64,000 nucleotides of DNA, taken from the NCBI GenBank assembly GCA_003242515.2, contig QGUS02000002.1:5491-69490 (forward strand), given 5' to 3'. Made by a program: the position numbers and the translations under genes. The notes beneath the pieces were generated by a model that worked only from the letters and a program-made list of their open reading frames with translations, was not told the DNA's origin and did no database searches. The DNA comes from Actinomycetes bacterium. GTDB taxonomy: Bacteria > Actinomycetota > Acidimicrobiia > Spongiisociales > ZC4RG35. Shown here in pieces: positions 25,849 through 34,538 of this stretch (the stretch's first letter is position 1; each line of letters opens with the position of its first letter).

Positions 25849-27225
25849 ATGACCTATTTCCTCGAGCCTGACCGGGCGACCCGGGAGGCCTGGGTCCGCC
25901 TCGTCTCCGACTACCTGAACGACTACTTCGACGCTGCTCCCGGAATGGACGCCTACGACGGCGACGCCGACTCCGGGGTCCTGGCACGGCTCCGCCGCCC
26001 GCCTGCCGAGACCGGACGCGACCTCGCCGAGGTGCTGGCCGACATCGAGGCCGGATCGGAAGGCGGGATCCTCCACCCCTCGGGCGGCCACCTCTCCTAC
26101 ATCCCCAACGCCGGCCAGTTCACCGCCGCTCTGGGGGAGTTCCTCGCCGCCGGCCTCAACCGCTACACGGGCATCGCCTACTGCGCCCCGGGTCTGGTCG
26201 CCATCGAGCACTCCGTCGTCGACTGGATGACCTCGCTCTTCGGACTGGGGCCGGATGCCGCAGGCGTGCTGCTCTCCGGCGGCTCCATGGCCAACTTCAC
26301 GGGGGTGGTCACCGCCCGCAGCGTCAAGCTCGGCGACGACTTCACCAGGGGCCGCATCTACCTGACCGCCCACACCCACCATTCGGTCGCCAAGGCGGCC
26401 CGGCTCGCCGGGTTCCGTGCCGACCAGATCGTGAAGGTCGCGGTCGACGAGGACCGCCACATGGACCCTGAGGCCCTGAGGGAGGCGATCCGCGCCGACC
26501 GGGCCGCCGGGCACGACCCGTTCCTCGTGGTTGCCTCCGCCGGCACCACCGACACTGGAGCGGTAGACGACCTCCACGCCATCGCCGACGTCGCCGCCGA
26601 GGAGGGCCTGTGGCTGCATGTCGACGGCGCCTACGGCGGGTTCTTCATCCTCACGGATCGGGGCCGGTCCCGCCTCGACGGGATCCAGCGGGCGGACTCG
26701 CTCGCGGTGGACCCGCACAAGGGCATGTCGCTCCCGTTCGGGTCCGGCGCGGTCCTGGTCCGCGACGAGTCCGCCCTGGTCGACGCCCATCTCGGCCGCG
26801 GCGCGTACCTGAAGGCGGAGGACGAGTACATGGGGCTGCGGGACATCGCTTCCCTCGGCCCGGAGCTGAGCCGCCCGTTCCGGGGCATGTCGGTCTGGCT
26901 CCCACTCCAGCTGCACGGCGTGGCGCCGTTCCGTGACGCCCTCGACCGCAGCCTCGACCTCGCCGCGTATGCCTACGACCGCCTGAAAGGCATACCGGGG
27001 CTGGAGAAGGTGTGGCGTCCCGACCTGTCGATCGTGGCATTGCGCTTCGCCGACGACGAGGTGGGCCGGAAGGCGATGGAACGGGTCAACTCGGAGCGGA
27101 AGGCGCACCTCTCCCCGACGATCGTCGAGGGCCGGTTCGTGCTCCGCATCGCCGTGCTCAACCGGCGCACCACCGAGGAGCACATCGACCACGTCGTCGA
27201 AGTGATCGCCGAAACCCTGGCCTGA
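25849..27225 (+). CDS. Group II pyridoxal-dependent amino-acid decarboxylase
   Basis: SGGSMANF, HVDGAYGG and DPHKGMSLPFGSGAVLV (PLP lysine). The start is ATG 25849, with ATG 25813 as an alternative. The 5' 1.1 kb of the 836-aa track ORF is antisense junk over the GTPase genes. Confidence 0.8.
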   Translation: MTYFLEPDRATREAWVRLVSDYLNDYFDAAPGMDAYDGDADSGVLARLRRPPAETGRDLAEVLADIEAGSEGGILHPSGGHLSYIPNAGQFTAALGEFLAAGLNRYTGIAYCAPGLVAIEHSVVDWMTSLFGLGPDAAGVLLSGGSMANFTGVVTARSVKLGDDFTRGRIYLTAHTHHSVAKAARLAGFRADQIVKVAVDEDRHMDPEALREAIRADRAAGHDPFLVVASAGTTDTGAVDDLHAIADVAAEEGLWLHVDGAYGGFFILTDRGRSRLDGIQRADSLAVDPHKGMSLPFGSGAVLVRDESALVDAHLGRGAYLKAEDEYMGLRDIASLGPELSRPFRGMSVWLPLQLHGVAPFRDALDRSLDLAAYAYDRLKGIPGLEKVWRPDLSIVALRFADDEVGRKAMERVNSERKAHLSPTIVEGRFVLRIAVLNRRTTEEHIDHVVEVIAETLA

Positions 27226-27236
27226 CCCTGGCCCGG

Positions 27237-27261
27237 AACGCGTACCGCCGCCGGTAGCGTT
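27237..27261 (+). promoter_or_regulatory. 10-bp stem (1-nt bulge), CCGC tetraloop hairpin between the decarboxylase and paralogue 1
   Basis: AACGC-G-TACCG ccgc CGGTA-GCGTT at 27237-27261. It starts 12 nt after the stop and ends 9 nt before ATG 27270. There is no U-tract. Confidence 0.35.
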
Positions 27262-27269
27262 CTCCCTGC

Positions 27270-28913
27270 ATGGTCACACCGGAGACGTCCGGCCGCGGCC
27301 GTCCCGGAGGGACCCGAGCCAGGGTGCTCGGCCTCGGGATGCTCTGCCTCGTCGCCGGAGCGGCGGCCATCTCCGGCCTGACCCGGCCCACCACACCGGA
27401 GACGGCGGACACCACTTCCACAACCGTTCCGCGCGTCGCCGCGCCGTCTACGACCACGACCCGGCCGCGGCCTCACATCCAGGCCCTCGGGCCGCCGATC
27501 GACTGGCTGTTCAGCAACACCTTCACGGACCGGCGGGTCGTCGGCGCCGCGGCGCGTGACGACGGGATCTACCTCTTCACATCTAGCCGCGCCCGCAAGG
27601 GCCTCGACGCGTGGAGGACCCGGGGCCGTGCCAGCTGGTCGCTCCTCGGCACCATCGCCGAGCTGTTCCGGCCCGAGGGCGTGCTCGAGGCGGGCGCCGG
27701 ATTCGTGGCCTACGGGACGGACCGGCTCGGACAGGCGGTGGTCTGGTCCTCGGCCGACGGGATCGCCTGGGACCGGCACCCCCTGCCCGTCGGAGACCAC
27801 GCTCCGAGCAGCGTCTGGTTCCAGGCCGCCACGACGCACGGCGATCTGGTCGTGCTCGCCGTCGTGGAGTGGCACGACCCGGTGCAGGCGGCCGTGAACC
27901 GGCGCTACCCCGGCTTCATGGGGTGGCTGTTCGAGGACCCGGCCGGGGAGACGCTGGTCGGGATCTCCGGGCCGCTCGGGATCGGGATGGCCGTGAGACC
28001 CGAAGACCTGGGCGTCGACCCGGCGAACCTTCCCGAGACGACGGGCCGCCTGACGATCCACTCGGGCCGACCGGAGGAGGGCTCCTGGCACCGGATCGTG
28101 GAGTCGGAGACCAGAGGGTTTCTGCCCCTCGTCCACCAGCTACTGCCCGGACCGGATGGGCGGATCTGGATGGTGGGCACGACGCCCAAGGCTTCGACCG
28201 ACGGCGTCACTTGGGAGCCGATCGCCCAGGTCCCCTATCCATCGTTGGTGCATCCCTGGAACGGCAGATACGTCCGAAAGGGCTGGGACATCTACGGCAA
28301 CCTCCGCATCGAGGTCTCCGAGGACCTGAGGAACTGGGAGCTGATGTTCCAGCCGTCGCTGACGGCCTTCCCGTGGTGCTGTGGCAGCGTCGAACGGTCC
28401 GAGACGCTCTTCACGGGACCCGGAGGGATCGGCTTCACCGGATTCGACGCGCACTTCGCGACCCAGGACAGGGGCGCCGTCATCCTGGCACGCGACGGTT
28501 ACCGCCTCGACCTCGCCGGCGGCATGCACGGGCCGGCCCTGTTCCGCGAGGACACGATGATCGCGGAGTACGTGCCCGAGCTCGCCGACCCGGACCGGCC
28601 GCTGTTCCGGGTCGAAGACGACACGGTGGTGTTCCTCGACCCTGACACGCGCGAGGATCTGGTGGCCTTCGCCATCGAGGAGATCGAGGAGCACGCCAAC
28701 GCCTGGGCGGACTCGTACCGAATGGTCCCGATCCGTGAGACCCACTTCCTGTTCTTCTCCCCGGACGGCGAGGACTGGACCAGCCACGACGTCAGCGGCA
28801 TGGTGCCACTGAGGGAAGAGGTCCGGTTGCTGATCGGCCGTGACCGGATCCTGCTCATGGGGGACGGCCCCGATGGGGCCGTGGTGTGGGTCGGAATTCC
28901 GCCGGGTCGATGA
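27270..28913 (+). CDS. Uncharacterised membrane-anchored protein with Asp-box-like motifs, paralogue 1
   Basis: 547 aa. Basic N-terminus, one TM helix (VLGLGMLCLVAGAAAISGL) and a Thr/Pro linker (TTSTTVP..STTTT). The ~450-aa ectodomain has S-x-D-G-x-x-W motifs (SADGIAW, STDGVTW, SPDGEDW). High GC3. Confidence 0.65.
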   Translation: MVTPETSGRGRPGGTRARVLGLGMLCLVAGAAAISGLTRPTTPETADTTSTTVPRVAAPSTTTTRPRPHIQALGPPIDWLFSNTFTDRRVVGAAARDDGIYLFTSSRARKGLDAWRTRGRASWSLLGTIAELFRPEGVLEAGAGFVAYGTDRLGQAVVWSSADGIAWDRHPLPVGDHAPSSVWFQAATTHGDLVVLAVVEWHDPVQAAVNRRYPGFMGWLFEDPAGETLVGISGPLGIGMAVRPEDLGVDPANLPETTGRLTIHSGRPEEGSWHRIVESETRGFLPLVHQLLPGPDGRIWMVGTTPKASTDGVTWEPIAQVPYPSLVHPWNGRYVRKGWDIYGNLRIEVSEDLRNWELMFQPSLTAFPWCCGSVERSETLFTGPGGIGFTGFDAHFATQDRGAVILARDGYRLDLAGGMHGPALFREDTMIAEYVPELADPDRPLFRVEDDTVVFLDPDTREDLVAFAIEEIEEHANAWADSYRMVPIRETHFLFFSPDGEDWTSHDVSGMVPLREEVRLLIGRDRILLMGDGPDGAVVWVGIPPGR

Positions 28914-28950
28914 CCGCTGCCCGATAGCCTGCACCCGACGGAGGTACCGG

Positions 28951-30609
28951 TTGACCGCCCCTATCCCGGACACACCTCATGAGACGGCGGGCCGGCAGAC
29001 ACCGCCGGGTCGGCGGAGACTCGCCCTGGGGGCCGCGCTGGCGCTGGTCGCAGGTGCGGCAGCCCTTTTCGCAGCGACCCAGCCGGGCCCGCCGCCGCAG
29101 GCGGTGGAGACCACCACGACGACCGTGGCCCCGCCTCTGGTCACCACCACGACGCTCGGTGTGGAGCTTCAGGGCGAGCCGCTCGAACTGCAGGTGGCGG
29201 CTGAGCTCGATCGGGTAGGGATCCCGAACCGGATCGCACAGCTCGCCAGTGGCGAACTGCTCCTCGTCGGCTACGAGTACGGGTGGGGGGAGAGCCGAGC
29301 GGTGCTCCTGTTGTCACCGGACGGGGACCGCTGGCGCGAGGCGGACCTGCCGCCGTTCTCGCCCACCAGCACCTCGGTCGAGGTGATCGATGGGCGGATC
29401 TACGCGTACGGGGCCGGCACCGACGGCCGGCCCGCGATCTGGATCTCGGACGACGCCAGGGAGTGGACCGTGATCCCGGTCGGCGAGGAGCCGGGCTGGA
29501 GGGTGTCGGCTGTCCTGATCGCCGACGACCTGGTCATGGCCGAGTTGTTCGAGGAGGAGGAATCACCGCTCACCGAGGAACTCGTCCGCCGCTTCGGGCC
29601 TTTGGGCCGACATGGCGGGACCGCCAGCGACGGCACGAACGTCTGGGTGATCGTGCACCTCCCGCTCGGGATCCAGATCGCCGAGTTGGCCCCCGAGGAA
29701 CTCGGCCTGACCCCGGAGGATCTGGAGTACCGGGAGAGCCAGACCAGGGTGATGGCCACCACCGACCTGGAACGCTGGTACGAGGCGACACGGCCCCCCG
29801 GAGATGCGACGCGGTGGTACTTCCGGGGCCCGGATGGCGCCCTGTGGGCGACGGCGCCGACCCCGGGGGAGGGACCAGACGCATATGCGACCCGCGACGG
29901 GATCACCTGGGAGCCGCGTCAGTTCGGTGACGGTGCGTCGGCCGGCCGGTTCGACGTCACCGCGATGGCGTTCGACGGCAGCTACCTCGTCGTCCGGGGT
30001 GCACAGGTCGTCTCGGGATCATTGCGGGAGCACCTCGCCCATCCCGACTGGTGGTGGTTCACGTCCGTGACGGGCAACGACCATGGCCTGGTCGCCGTTG
30101 CGTCGCTGCAATACGACCCGCAGCGGGAAACGCTCGTCCGGGAGAACCCGACCTACGAGAAGGCCCACCAGGGCCATCTGATCAGGCTGACGCTCACCGG
30201 CCTCGAGGTGCTGGATCCGGACTCCGGAGATGTGCTGTCGAGGATCGGAACCCGTGGTGGCTCAACGGACGCCCGCTACCGGTTCGACGTGCCCACCCAG
30301 ACCCTGCACCTCCTCGACGGAGAGGGGAGGGAGCTGGTCACCTTCACCGTCGAGGAACTTGCAACCCTCGAGCGGGAGTTCGACATCGCCTCGCAGCCCG
30401 AGGACCTGAAGCCCCCGACGGTCGTCCTGTTCTCCACCACCGATGCCTGCTCCTGGACCGTCCAGGACATCACCGGGACCGTCGGGAGGAGCTTCGTGAC
30501 CGGCAGCGGGGTGATCGACCGCACCCTCTACGTCCTGGCGGCACCCTGGCCGGAGCTGCAGCAGGGCCAGGTCCTCCGTGCGGAACTGCCAGACGGCTCC
30601 GGCTGCTGA
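28951..30609 (+). CDS. Uncharacterised membrane-anchored protein with Asp-box-like motifs, paralogue 2
   Basis: The start is set at TTG 28951, 6 nt after GGAGG (28940-28944). The track ATG at 28840 would overlap paralogue 1 by 74 nt. TM helix LALGAALALVAGAAALFA and a TTTTT linker. Motifs SPDGDRW, SDDAREW, TRDGITW, TTDACSW. Confidence 0.6.
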   Translation: MTAPIPDTPHETAGRQTPPGRRRLALGAALALVAGAAALFAATQPGPPPQAVETTTTTVAPPLVTTTTLGVELQGEPLELQVAAELDRVGIPNRIAQLASGELLLVGYEYGWGESRAVLLLSPDGDRWREADLPPFSPTSTSVEVIDGRIYAYGAGTDGRPAIWISDDAREWTVIPVGEEPGWRVSAVLIADDLVMAELFEEEESPLTEELVRRFGPLGRHGGTASDGTNVWVIVHLPLGIQIAELAPEELGLTPEDLEYRESQTRVMATTDLERWYEATRPPGDATRWYFRGPDGALWATAPTPGEGPDAYATRDGITWEPRQFGDGASAGRFDVTAMAFDGSYLVVRGAQVVSGSLREHLAHPDWWWFTSVTGNDHGLVAVASLQYDPQRETLVRENPTYEKAHQGHLIRLTLTGLEVLDPDSGDVLSRIGTRGGSTDARYRFDVPTQTLHLLDGEGRELVTFTVEELATLEREFDIASQPEDLKPPTVVLFSTTDACSWTVQDITGTVGRSFVTGSGVIDRTLYVLAAPWPELQQGQVLRAELPDGSGC

Positions 30610-30648
30610 TCCGGCCCTATCCGGCCGCGGCGGTACCGTGACGCCCGG

Positions 30649-32241
30649 ATGGGTGAGGCACCAATGCAGCACGACCGGCGGCATCGCCGCGCCGTCGCCG
30701 CAGGCGCGGGCCTCTTCGCCATTATCGCCGGGCTGCTCGCAGTGAGTGTCCTCACACAACCCGGGCCGGCCTCCACGACCACCACGGCCCCGGCCGGCAC
30801 CACGACCACCGCCGCGGTGGTGCCCGGCGGTGAGCTCCTCGCGTTCGAGACCATGGGTCTCGACGGCTCCCCCATCGTGATCGCACCGGTCCCCACCGGC
30901 GAGACGGTCGTCGTGGTCGCCTCACCCGACGGGTCGGTGGAGGCCATGGCCACCACCGGGGGCCCGTGGGAGCATCTCCCCTCCCCCGTGGAGGAGGGTG
31001 CCGTCGTAGCGGCGGGCGCCACCGTGCCCGACGCAGTCGTGCTCCACGGACACGACGCGTCCGGCGCAACCGCGATCTGGCTGAGCCGGGACGGCCGGTC
31101 CTGGCAGAAGGCCGTGGTCGACCCGTCCGGACGCCGCTCGGTGGTGGGTGTCGCCGGCGGCGGGGCCCTGATCTTCTCCTGGGGGCTGGAAGACGGCTGG
31201 AGGCTCCTCGACGCCGCGCTCGTGGAACGCATGGGCCCGGCAGGCCGCCGGTACCAGCTCTTCTCCCAGGGCGACGGCCCGGCGGAGGTGCTGGCCCAGA
31301 GCCCGCTCGGGCTCCCCATCGGCCGGTTCACCCTGGACGAGCTGGGAGTCGACCCGGCCGACCTCGAGACCGGTGTGCAGTGGGCCATGGCCAGCCGCGA
31401 CGGCGTGGAATGGACGGAGGCCGCCCTGCCCGACGACAGGTTCCCGTCCAGCCCCTTCGCCGGTGACGACGGGAGGGTCTACGACATCGACGTGGAGGGG
31501 CTCCTCCTCTCCACCGGAGACGGCCTCACCTGGGTGGAGGAGGCGGTCATAGGCGCACCCGGCATCGTCATCCAGCCGTGGCGGGGCTGGCTCTCCCACG
31601 GGCCGGACCCGATCCTCTGGGCCAGCCGGGACGCGTCCGCCTGGCGCGAGATCGACCTGGGCCCCCTGTTCGCCGAGCCCGAACTGTGGAAGCTGGGTGG
31701 CGTGGCTGCGGGCGACGCCGGACTGGCCGTGGTCGCGATGCAGCAGTCGGCGATCGGCGAGCCCCGGCCGGCGACCGTCGAGGCACGCTACGGGCAGCAC
31801 CTGGTCCGGGTCACCGACGCGGCCGTGGAGGTGGCCGCACCCGGCGGGGAGACCCTCGTGTCCATCCCCCGGACCGCAGTGGCGCCCGACCCCCGGGTGT
31901 CGTTCGACCCCGCGGCCCAGGAGGTGACCATCGGCGACGACGCGGGCACGCCGCTGATCACCCTGTCCATCGAGGAGCTGGGACGGCTCGAGGACGAACA
32001 CGAGGACGCCGCCATGGGAGCCGCTCCGGAGATCGCCTCCGCCCTCCTCACCTCCCCCGACGGCTGCGCCTGGACCACCCAGGAGCTCGGCGTCGGCCCC
32101 GGTCGGACCATCCACGACGTCCGCATCGTCGGCGCCCGGGTGTTCCTGGTGATCGGCGGGACCTTCCGGCTCGACCGCACCGAACTGTGGTGGGCCGACC
32201 TCCCGGCCGGCGGCGGGGCCGGGGACTGCCCGCTGGAATGA
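30649..32241 (+). CDS. Uncharacterised membrane-anchored protein with Asp-box-like motifs, paralogue 3
   Basis: 530 aa. TM helix AGAGLFAIIAGLLAVSVL and linker STTTTAPAGTTTT. Motifs SRDGRSW, SRDGVEW, TGDGLTW, SRDASAW, SPDGCAW. The stop overlaps the next start (ATGA, 32238-32241). Confidence 0.65.
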   Translation: MGEAPMQHDRRHRRAVAAGAGLFAIIAGLLAVSVLTQPGPASTTTTAPAGTTTTAAVVPGGELLAFETMGLDGSPIVIAPVPTGETVVVVASPDGSVEAMATTGGPWEHLPSPVEEGAVVAAGATVPDAVVLHGHDASGATAIWLSRDGRSWQKAVVDPSGRRSVVGVAGGGALIFSWGLEDGWRLLDAALVERMGPAGRRYQLFSQGDGPAEVLAQSPLGLPIGRFTLDELGVDPADLETGVQWAMASRDGVEWTEAALPDDRFPSSPFAGDDGRVYDIDVEGLLLSTGDGLTWVEEAVIGAPGIVIQPWRGWLSHGPDPILWASRDASAWREIDLGPLFAEPELWKLGGVAAGDAGLAVVAMQQSAIGEPRPATVEARYGQHLVRVTDAAVEVAAPGGETLVSIPRTAVAPDPRVSFDPAAQEVTIGDDAGTPLITLSIEELGRLEDEHEDAAMGAAPEIASALLTSPDGCAWTTQELGVGPGRTIHDVRIVGARVFLVIGGTFRLDRTELWWADLPAGGGAGDCPLE

Positions 32242-33134
32242 ACGCCAGCCCGCCCTTGTTCGCCAACGCGATGCCCGACCGCAACGCCCCGCGCTTCGGC
32301 GTCTTCGTCACGCCGTACAACGACCCACCGCGCCACGCCGTCGAACTGGCGAAGCATGCCGAACAGGTCGGGCTCGACCTGGTGACCTTCCAGGACCATC
32401 CCTACCAGCCCCGCTTCCACGACACGGTGGCCCTGCTCGCATGGACGGGCGCCGAGACGGAGCGGATCCGTCTGGCGAGCGCCGTCCACGTCCTCCCCCT
32501 GCGCCGGCCCGCGGTGCTGGCGAAGCAGGCCGCCACCATCGACCTCCTCAGCGGCGGACGCTTCGAGCTGGGCCTCGGGGCGGGCGGCTTCTGGGACGCG
32601 ATCGAGGCCATGGGCGGGCCGAGGCGGACGCCGGGTGAGGCCGTGGCGGCCCTGGACGAGGCCATCGACGTGATCCGGGGCCTGTGGGACACGGAGTCCC
32701 GCGAGCGCCTCGAGGCCGGTGGCCAGCACTACCGGGTGTCCGGGGCCAAACGCGGCCCGGCGCCGGCCCACGACATGGAGATCTGGGTCGGGGCCTACGG
32801 ACCGAAGATGATGGGCCTGATCGGACGGAAGGCAGACGGGTGGCTTCCCAGCATCGGCCGGGTGCCGTTCGACGAGTTGCGGGAGCGCGCCCGCCAGCTC
32901 GACGAGGCCGCGGTCGCCGCGGGACGGTCACCGGCGGAGATCCGGCGCATCGCCAACCTCGGCCTCGGAGAGTCCGCTTTCGACCCCGGGCGGCTGGCCG
33001 ACCTGATCGTGGCGCTGGCCCGTGAGCTGCGGTTCTCCACGTTCACCCTCGCCACCGATGATCCGGCCGTCATCGAGGCCTATGCGACACTGGTCGCCCC
33101 AAGAGCGAGAGCAGAGATCGGAGTGAATCCATGA
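32238..33134 (+). CDS. LLM-class flavin/F420-dependent oxidoreductase
   Basis: ATG at 32238. FGVFVTP...GLDLVTFQDHPY...DLLSGGRFELGLGAGGFW is a luciferase-like pattern. The 5' part of the 518-aa track ORF is an over-extension. Confidence 0.75.
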   Translation: MNASPPLFANAMPDRNAPRFGVFVTPYNDPPRHAVELAKHAEQVGLDLVTFQDHPYQPRFHDTVALLAWTGAETERIRLASAVHVLPLRRPAVLAKQAATIDLLSGGRFELGLGAGGFWDAIEAMGGPRRTPGEAVAALDEAIDVIRGLWDTESRERLEAGGQHYRVSGAKRGPAPAHDMEIWVGAYGPKMMGLIGRKADGWLPSIGRVPFDELRERARQLDEAAVAAGRSPAEIRRIANLGLGESAFDPGRLADLIVALARELRFSTFTLATDDPAVIEAYATLVAPRARAEIGVNP

Positions 33135-33784
33135 CCCAACCCGTCCGCATCGACGTCTGGTCCGACGTGGTCTGCCCCTGGTGTTACATCGGCAAGCGCC
33201 GGCTCGAGGCGGCGATCGACATGCTGCCCGGGGACCTGGCGGCGGACGGTGTCCAGGTCGTGTACCACAGCTTCCAGCTCGCCCCGGACATGCCCACCGA
33301 CGTGGACATGAGCGCCCTCGACTACCTGGTCGCCTACAAGGGCATCGACGAAGGCCGGGCCCGGGCCATGCAGCGGCACGTCACCGGCATCGCCGCCTCG
33401 GTGGGGCTCGCCTACGACATGGAGAACGCGAAGGCGGCCAACACCCACCTCGCCCATCAGTTGATCCACCACGCTGCCGAGCAGGGCGCCCAGGCCGAGG
33501 TCGCAGAGCGCGTCTTCCGGGCCCACTTCGCCGAGGCCCGCCATGTCGGCGACCTCGACACCCTGGTGGCCATCGCCGGCGAAGCCGGTCTGGAGCCGGA
33601 GGCGGCACGAGACGCCCTCGAGACCGGGATGTACGCGGACGCCGTGGAGATGGACAAGGACCTCGCCGCCCGCATCGGGATCCAGGGCGTCCCCTTCTTC
33701 GTCTTCGATGGGAAGCTGGCCGTCTCCGGGGCGCACGAGCCCGGGACGCTGGTCGATGCGATCCGCCAGGCCCGCCAGGTCTGA
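33131..33784 (+). CDS. DsbA/FrnE-like thiol oxidoreductase (no signal peptide)
   Basis: IDVWSDVVCPWCYIGKRRLE (CPWC active site) and GIQGVPFFVFDGKLAVSGA. ATGA overlap with the LLM stop. Confidence 0.8.
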   Translation: MTQPVRIDVWSDVVCPWCYIGKRRLEAAIDMLPGDLAADGVQVVYHSFQLAPDMPTDVDMSALDYLVAYKGIDEGRARAMQRHVTGIAASVGLAYDMENAKAANTHLAHQLIHHAAEQGAQAEVAERVFRAHFAEARHVGDLDTLVAIAGEAGLEPEAARDALETGMYADAVEMDKDLAARIGIQGVPFFVFDGKLAVSGAHEPGTLVDAIRQARQV

Positions 33785-33800
33785 GGGTCAGGAGACCGCG

Positions 33801-34538
33801 ATGAAGCCGGTGGTGGGCATCACGGCGTGGCGCCGGACCCTCACGACCGCCTTCGGGCCCGACCGCCTCCACACCATCGCCTGCGACTACACGGAGTCAC
33901 TGGAACGGAGCGGCCTGGCCCCCCTGGTGTTCCCGGCCGGGCTGTCGCCGGACGACGCCCCGCGACTGGTCTCCCGGGTCGACGGCGTGCTGCTGTCGGG
34001 CGGCGAGGACGTGGACCCCTCCTTCTACGGGCAGGAGACCGTCCACAGCCGCAACTGCGACCCGGAGGTCGACCGCTTCGAACTCGCCGTGATCGAGGCC
34101 GCCCGTGAGCTGGGCAAGCCCCTCCTCGCCATCTGCCGCGGCCTCCAGATCCTCAACGTGGCCTTCGGCGGCACGCTCCACCAGGAGGTGACCAGCCCCG
34201 GCGGCGTCCACGACACCATCGCGGGGGCCACGCCCGAGGAGATGCATGCCCGGCGCCACGAGGTGTCGTTCCCGGACGGCTCCCTGCTGGCCGCCCTCTA
34301 CGGGGCCGCGTCGGCGGCCGTGAACACGCTCCATCACCAGGGGATAGACCGGCCCGGCGAGGGCCTGACCGTCGAGGCCGTGGCCGCCGACGGCCTGATC
34401 GAGGGCATCCGGCACGACGGCGACTGGTGGGCGGTCGGCGTCCAGTGGCACCCCGAGAAGCTGGAGGGCGACCACCAACGGATCTTCACCGCGTTCCGCG
34501 AGGCGATCGATCAGTCGAGGAGCCGCGAGGCGGTCTGA
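33801..34538 (+). CDS. Gamma-glutamyl-gamma-aminobutyrate hydrolase-type peptidase C26 / class I glutamine amidotransferase
   Basis: GGAG lies 6 nt before ATG 33801. GVLLSGGEDVDP, LAICRGLQILNVAFGGTLHQ (nucleophile Cys), HHQ, VQWHPE. Confidence 0.85.
   Translation: MKPVVGITAWRRTLTTAFGPDRLHTIACDYTESLERSGLAPLVFPAGLSPDDAPRLVSRVDGVLLSGGEDVDPSFYGQETVHSRNCDPEVDRFELAVIEAARELGKPLLAICRGLQILNVAFGGTLHQEVTSPGGVHDTIAGATPEEMHARRHEVSFPDGSLLAALYGAASAAVNTLHHQGIDRPGEGLTVEAVAADGLIEGIRHDGDWWAVGVQWHPEKLEGDHQRIFTAFREAIDQSRSREAV

Noticed and set aside
28940-30637. A shared GGTACC/GTACCG motif just upstream of the three paralogue genes (27242, 28943, 30632) and of mgs (7280) as a possible common operator
   Set aside because: Its distance to the start codon is inconsistent (4 to 23 nt). 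GTACC-containing hexamers also occur inside several coding regions in the window (e.g. 12170, 23369). This is most likely chance.
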